From Myxococcota bacterium (lineage in GTDB: Bacteria; Myxococcota_A; Bradymonadia; UBA7976; UBA1532), in the NCBI GenBank assembly GCA_036337435.1, contig JAYZEG010000060.1, forward strand, positions 1-29,093: a stretch of 29,093 bases of DNA. The letters run 5' to 3'. Position numbers and translations under genes: made by a program. Under the pieces are notes generated by a model. That model was given only the letters and a program-made list of their open reading frames with translations, ran no database searches and was not told where the DNA came from. The stretch's first letter is position 1. The number at the start of each line of letters is the position of its first letter. Below are positions 25,541 to 29,093 of this stretch, one piece after another.

Positions 25541-27274
25541 ATGGATGTTCTGGCAACGACGGAGCGAGCTTGGTTAGCCCGTTCCGTCGATGGGCCTGTA
25601 ATCGAAAAGTTGTCCTCGTCGTGTAACATCAGTACCGCCACCGCCACGCTGCTCTATTTACGAGGTCTGTCGACGGCGGACGAAGCAACTCAGTTTTTAG
25701 CCGCCTCACTGTCCGACATGGCAGACCCAGGCTTAATGGCCGACATCAACCGGGCCGCTCTACGTCTACTAAGCGCCATCAAAAATGGTGAAAAGATCAT
25801 CATCTATGGTGATTACGATGTGGATGGTGTGACCAGTACGGCCGTCCTATGGCTCTTTTTTCGAGATGTTTTTGGTATTCAACTAGGCAGTTACATTCCT
25901 CATCGTTTGCGCGAGGGATACGGGTTAAACGCCGATGCAATTCGGACTTTGGCCGAGGATGGAACCCAGGTCCTTGTCACCGTTGATAATGGGTCATCAG
26001 CAAACGAAGAAGCGCGTTTAGCAAAGTCTCTCGGCATGGATGTCATTGTGATCGACCATCATCAAGTGAGTGATCCCGAACCAGATGTTTATGCACATTT
26101 GAATCCCCATCGACAAAGCTGCGGGTACCCGTATAAGGGTCTCGCAGCAGTCGGAGTTGTATTTCTCCTTCTCGTTGAGCTGAGACGGGCACTGCGCGTC
26201 GCGAAAACCCCCGTTAAAGTAAACCCAAGGCCGGACCATTATCTTGATTTGGTTGCACTGGGCACCGTCGCTGATGTCGCGCCCTTGACGGGGCTTAACC
26301 GCGCGATTGTCCGTTATGGATTGACCCGAATGAAGGCTTATTGCAGGCCCGGGATTAAAGCCATGCTCACTCAGGCTGGTGGCGATATTCTCGGGCTCAG
26401 CGAACGTGACTTTGGGTACAAATTAGGCCCACGGATCAATGCAGCCGGTCGTCTCGATGATGCCACGCGCGGTCTCCGATTGTTGATTTCTGATGACCAG
26501 GACATCGTCGACCCGCTGGCGCGGCTCGTCGAAGAGCAAAATAAAGAGAGAAAGCATTTACAGGCAACGATGACTGACGAGGCTCTCGAGATGTCTGAAC
26601 GGTCAGAGAATGAGGCGCAGTCGGCCTTGGTTTTCGCCAGTCCTGAATGGCATCCTGGCGTGGTTGGAATCGTCGCATCTCGCCTCGTTGAAACTCACGG
26701 GAAACCCGTGATTTTGTTTGCCGAAGATGGCGGGGTCTTGAAGGGCAGTGCCCGCAGTATCCCCGGTGTCGATGTAAAAGCAGCCCTCGATTTATGCTCA
26801 GATAAGCTTATGCGCTATGGCGGACATGTGGCCGCAGCGGGTATGACCTTAAAGCCAAGTCTATTCGATGAATTTCGGCTCGCATTCTGCGACGCCGTCG
26901 ATCGTGTAAAAACGGTCTCAACTGGCCTTAAGCCAGTCTTTTATGATTTTCAACTCGCCCTCAAGGATTTTGACCGAGCTTTGCTGAACGACCTCATGCA
27001 AGTGGGACCGTTTGGGCATGGAAATCAGGCGCCTCGCATCCTGAGTACAAACGTTCACGCTGCACATCGAATTTTGAGGGGTGGACACTTAAAATTATTG
27101 ATTTCGACGCCGGCAGGACCGGTGGACGGCTTGGCGTGGAATCGCGCGGCGGATGCTCACATGTTGGCTGGGCCCGTGGATTTAATATTCACCCCGGACA
27201 TCGAAGTATGGCAGGGTCGAGAAAAAGTGGTCTTTCGTATCGAAGCCATGCGTCCAGGGGAGTGCGCGGGATGA
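25541..27274 (+). CDS. recJ: Single-stranded-DNA-specific exonuclease RecJ
   Basis: GDYDVDG, R..EGYG, TVDNG, DHH, LGTVAD, PRINAAGR, GSARS, GGH..AAG, PFG.GN. Confidence 0.96.
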   Translation: MDVLATTERAWLARSVDGPVIEKLSSSCNISTATATLLYLRGLSTADEATQFLAASLSDMADPGLMADINRAALRLLSAIKNGEKIIIYGDYDVDGVTSTAVLWLFFRDVFGIQLGSYIPHRLREGYGLNADAIRTLAEDGTQVLVTVDNGSSANEEARLAKSLGMDVIVIDHHQVSDPEPDVYAHLNPHRQSCGYPYKGLAAVGVVFLLLVELRRALRVAKTPVKVNPRPDHYLDLVALGTVADVAPLTGLNRAIVRYGLTRMKAYCRPGIKAMLTQAGGDILGLSERDFGYKLGPRINAAGRLDDATRGLRLLISDDQDIVDPLARLVEEQNKERKHLQATMTDEALEMSERSENEAQSALVFASPEWHPGVVGIVASRLVETHGKPVILFAEDGGVLKGSARSIPGVDVKAALDLCSDKLMRYGGHVAAAGMTLKPSLFDEFRLAFCDAVDRVKTVSTGLKPVFYDFQLALKDFDRALLNDLMQVGPFGHGNQAPRILSTNVHAAHRILRGGHLKLLISTPAGPVDGLAWNRAADAHMLAGPVDLIFTPDIEVWQGREKVVFRIEAMRPGECAG

Positions 27275-27558
27275 GTAGACGGCCAAGGCGTCGTGCCAGC
27301 GACATCGCCAGAACAGGTGGACGCAACCATCTCTTTTTTCTTATTTTGATAGGCGTTGGCTTGGCTTTTGTTCTCTTCTTTCGCGCGTCGATGAGCGATA
27401 GCAGCTCACAAATCTTTCAGGCCGTCGTCGGCAATCCTGAATTGGACTTGCCGAGGAGCGTGACTGATAGAATAGGCGATGGCACGAAACGGGCGCGAAC
27501 CGATGCAGGTGACCACACTCAGAATTCATCACAGTCACCGCATGATGGGGGGACCTAA
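27271..27558 (+). CDS. Small single-pass membrane protein of unknown function (95 aa)
   Basis: ATG 27271 overlaps the recJ stop (ATGA) and the ORF ends 3 nt before trmB. Arg-rich N-terminus followed by LFFLILIGVGLAFVLFF. Confidence 0.7.
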   Translation: MSRRPRRRASDIARTGGRNHLFFLILIGVGLAFVLFFRASMSDSSSQIFQAVVGNPELDLPRSVTDRIGDGTKRARTDAGDHTQNSSQSPHDGGT

Positions 27559-27561
27559 GTT

Positions 27562-28248
27562 ATGCCGCGCATTCGAGGCCATTTAAAAGAGAAGCCATCT
27601 GGTGAGCACGAATGGCCGATTTTAAACGGTTTGCTTTTCGGCGATCAAGAGATTGGTGGACATGATGTCGCGGTCCGAACCGAGGTTCTACCACTCGATT
27701 GGGCAGAGATATTTGGGCGAAGTGCCCAATTGTCCATTGAAATCGGATTTAACCGAGGCCGATTTTTGACAGCATTGGCCCAGGCGAGACCAGCTGAAGA
27801 TTTTGTCGGGATTGAGATTCGCCGGCGTTATTGTTGGCGATTGGCGCACTTGATGGCGAAAGATGGCCAAAGACCAGGTAATTTGAGGCTGATTTGGGCT
27901 GATGCGAAAGCCGTATCACGGGTCATTTTTGGAAGCCGTGTTCTGGACAACATCTATATTACCTTCCCTGACCCATGGTGGAAAAAACGCCATGCGAAGC
28001 GTCGACTCGTCGATACAAAGTTCGCAGTCGAATTGGCCTCCCTTCTGAAGCCAGGTGGCCGGATCTGGGTAAAGACCGATGTGCGTGACTTGGGTGAAGA
28101 AATTAAAGAAGCACTGGCTGCCGTCTCCCATTTAGGAGCGCCGATAGAATTTCTCGCTGATGCATTACCCCTGACGCATCGTGAAACCAATTGTATGCGC
28201 GACGAATTGCCCATAGAGCGTTTTTATGTGGAGCGAATCAGCTCTTGA
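27562..28248 (+). CDS. trmB: tRNA (guanine-N7)-methyltransferase TrmB
   Basis: EIGFNRG.FL, FVGIE, NLRLI..DA, FPDPWWKKRHAKRRL, LKPGG...KTD. Confidence 0.93.
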   Translation: MPRIRGHLKEKPSGEHEWPILNGLLFGDQEIGGHDVAVRTEVLPLDWAEIFGRSAQLSIEIGFNRGRFLTALAQARPAEDFVGIEIRRRYCWRLAHLMAKDGQRPGNLRLIWADAKAVSRVIFGSRVLDNIYITFPDPWWKKRHAKRRLVDTKFAVELASLLKPGGRIWVKTDVRDLGEEIKEALAAVSHLGAPIEFLADALPLTHRETNCMRDELPIERFYVERISS

Positions 28249-28249
28249 A

Positions 28250-28867
28250 TTAACGGTCGAGGTCATCCCACTTAGTGCCGTGCGGACTTGAGAAGTTCCG
28301 GTGTCGGGAGGACACATTGCCATACAACGGGGCGTCTGCTCTCGGTCTGAGTATGAAGTGTAAGTTGAAGTAATTGACCACAAAATGCGCAAGGATAGGC
28401 GCAATCAGACAACTTCGCTGCTCGAAAATGAAGCCAAACAACCAACCGACTACAATGGCCGTAATCGTCCAAGGAATGAGAAACTTTCGGTAGGGGAAAT
28501 GAGCCAAACCGAAAATGAGAGCAGCCCACTCTAATCCGATAACTGGCTGCAAAAAACCTCTAAAGAACAAGTCCTCTGTCAGGGAACTGAGGGCTGCCAA
28601 GGCGAAGATTTGTCCGCCTGTCAATGGACCAAGCACGGTCCGAAATTCTAGGTCCAACTTCTTCGTCCAGCTAAATCGGCTTGCACTGAATCTGGATAAA
28701 GTGACGAGACAGAAACCCATGACTAAACCGAGGGCAAGATCAAGCCAAAGTGCCGACCCGCTCCATTTTTGAGCAAATAGGAGTTCAGCGATGGGGCGGC
28801 CAAAGCCCACCTGGAGCACTAAGGTTGCAGCACCAAGTACGACATATAGGATGAGCTTAGGAAGCAT
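28250..28867 (-). CDS. CPBP (Abi/CAAX) family intramembrane glutamic protease
   Basis: Multiple TM segments. EDLFFRG (variant of EExxxR), FGLAH, H..VN. Confidence 0.82.
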   Translation of the reverse strand: MLPKLILYVVLGAATLVLQVGFGRPIAELLFAQKWSGSALWLDLALGLVMGFCLVTLSRFSASRFSWTKKLDLEFRTVLGPLTGGQIFALAALSSLTEDLFFRGFLQPVIGLEWAALIFGLAHFPYRKFLIPWTITAIVVGWLFGFIFEQRSCLIAPILAHFVVNYFNLHFILRPRADAPLYGNVSSRHRNFSSPHGTKWDDLDR

Positions 28868-28941
28868 TACTCTTTATTCACGAGACCAGTTCGGACGCGC
28901 ACAGCGCACCGTTTCAATTCACGTCGTTACCCAACACGTAC

Positions 28942-28972
28942 ACTATACGACAGTCGGTCTCTGTCGGTACAA
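28942..28972 (-). promoter_or_regulatory. Putative promoter for the CPBP gene with a 19-bp spacer filled by an inverted repeat
   Basis: Minus strand TTGTAC (28972-28967), CGACAG-N7-CTGTCG, TATAGT (28947-28942). Confidence 0.35.
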
Positions 28973-29093
28973 GAAAACGTATGGCTCCCTAGGCCGCCGA
29001 CGTGCCTTGGTCCAGGTGGATTCCGGAGCCCTTAGTTTAGAGACCGCACTCGGCCGAGATGATAATGTGCCGCTGATCAACTCTTGGTCGCCA

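Noticed and set aside
28983..29093. GGCTCC/GGAGCC-closed structure and an open + strand frame at the right edge
   Set aside because: Stems are short and imperfect, and the sequence is too truncated to support an RNA or CDS call.
1..29093. Mobile element, prophage or defence island
   Set aside because: No transposase, integrase, phage or defence-gene motifs and no terminal repeats were seen. Content is mostly core housekeeping.

Overview
This is a gene-dense chromosomal window with no mobile element, CRISPR array, tRNA or rRNA. It is probably from a Myxococcota/deltaproteobacterial organism; that is inferred from coaBC-udg4 and yajC-secD-secF-recJ gene order, Myxococcus-type SOS-box-like sites and a PPC-domain lipoprotein. 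Left part, in order: the 5' end of groES (missed by the ORF track); a ~200-nt structured non-coding candidate; a Lys/Ala-repeat, Cys-rich lipoprotein; lexA with SOS-box-like operators; then a co-oriented run of a Maf-YggS fusion, namZ and a NadD-DUF2520 (PanG-like) fusion. Middle part: an atypical ClpA/C-type ATPase, udk, a Nudix CoA pyrophosphatase, a GNAT, then coaBC, a degenerate family-4 UDG, an aldehyde dehydrogenase, a class III aminotransferase and CoA-transferase A/B. Right part: DUF2288 preceded by a mini-uORF, an M1 aminopeptidase, a secreted YkuD-like/PPC lipoprotein, yajC-secD-secF-recJ, a small membrane protein, trmB and a CPBP protease. The best novelty candidates are the structured RNA with its neighbouring cationic lipoprotein, the two cofactor-housekeeping fusions, the RxxD-rich Clp ATPase, the degenerate UDG and the YkuD-like lipoprotein. 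All calls come from motif recognition by eye; no database search was run.
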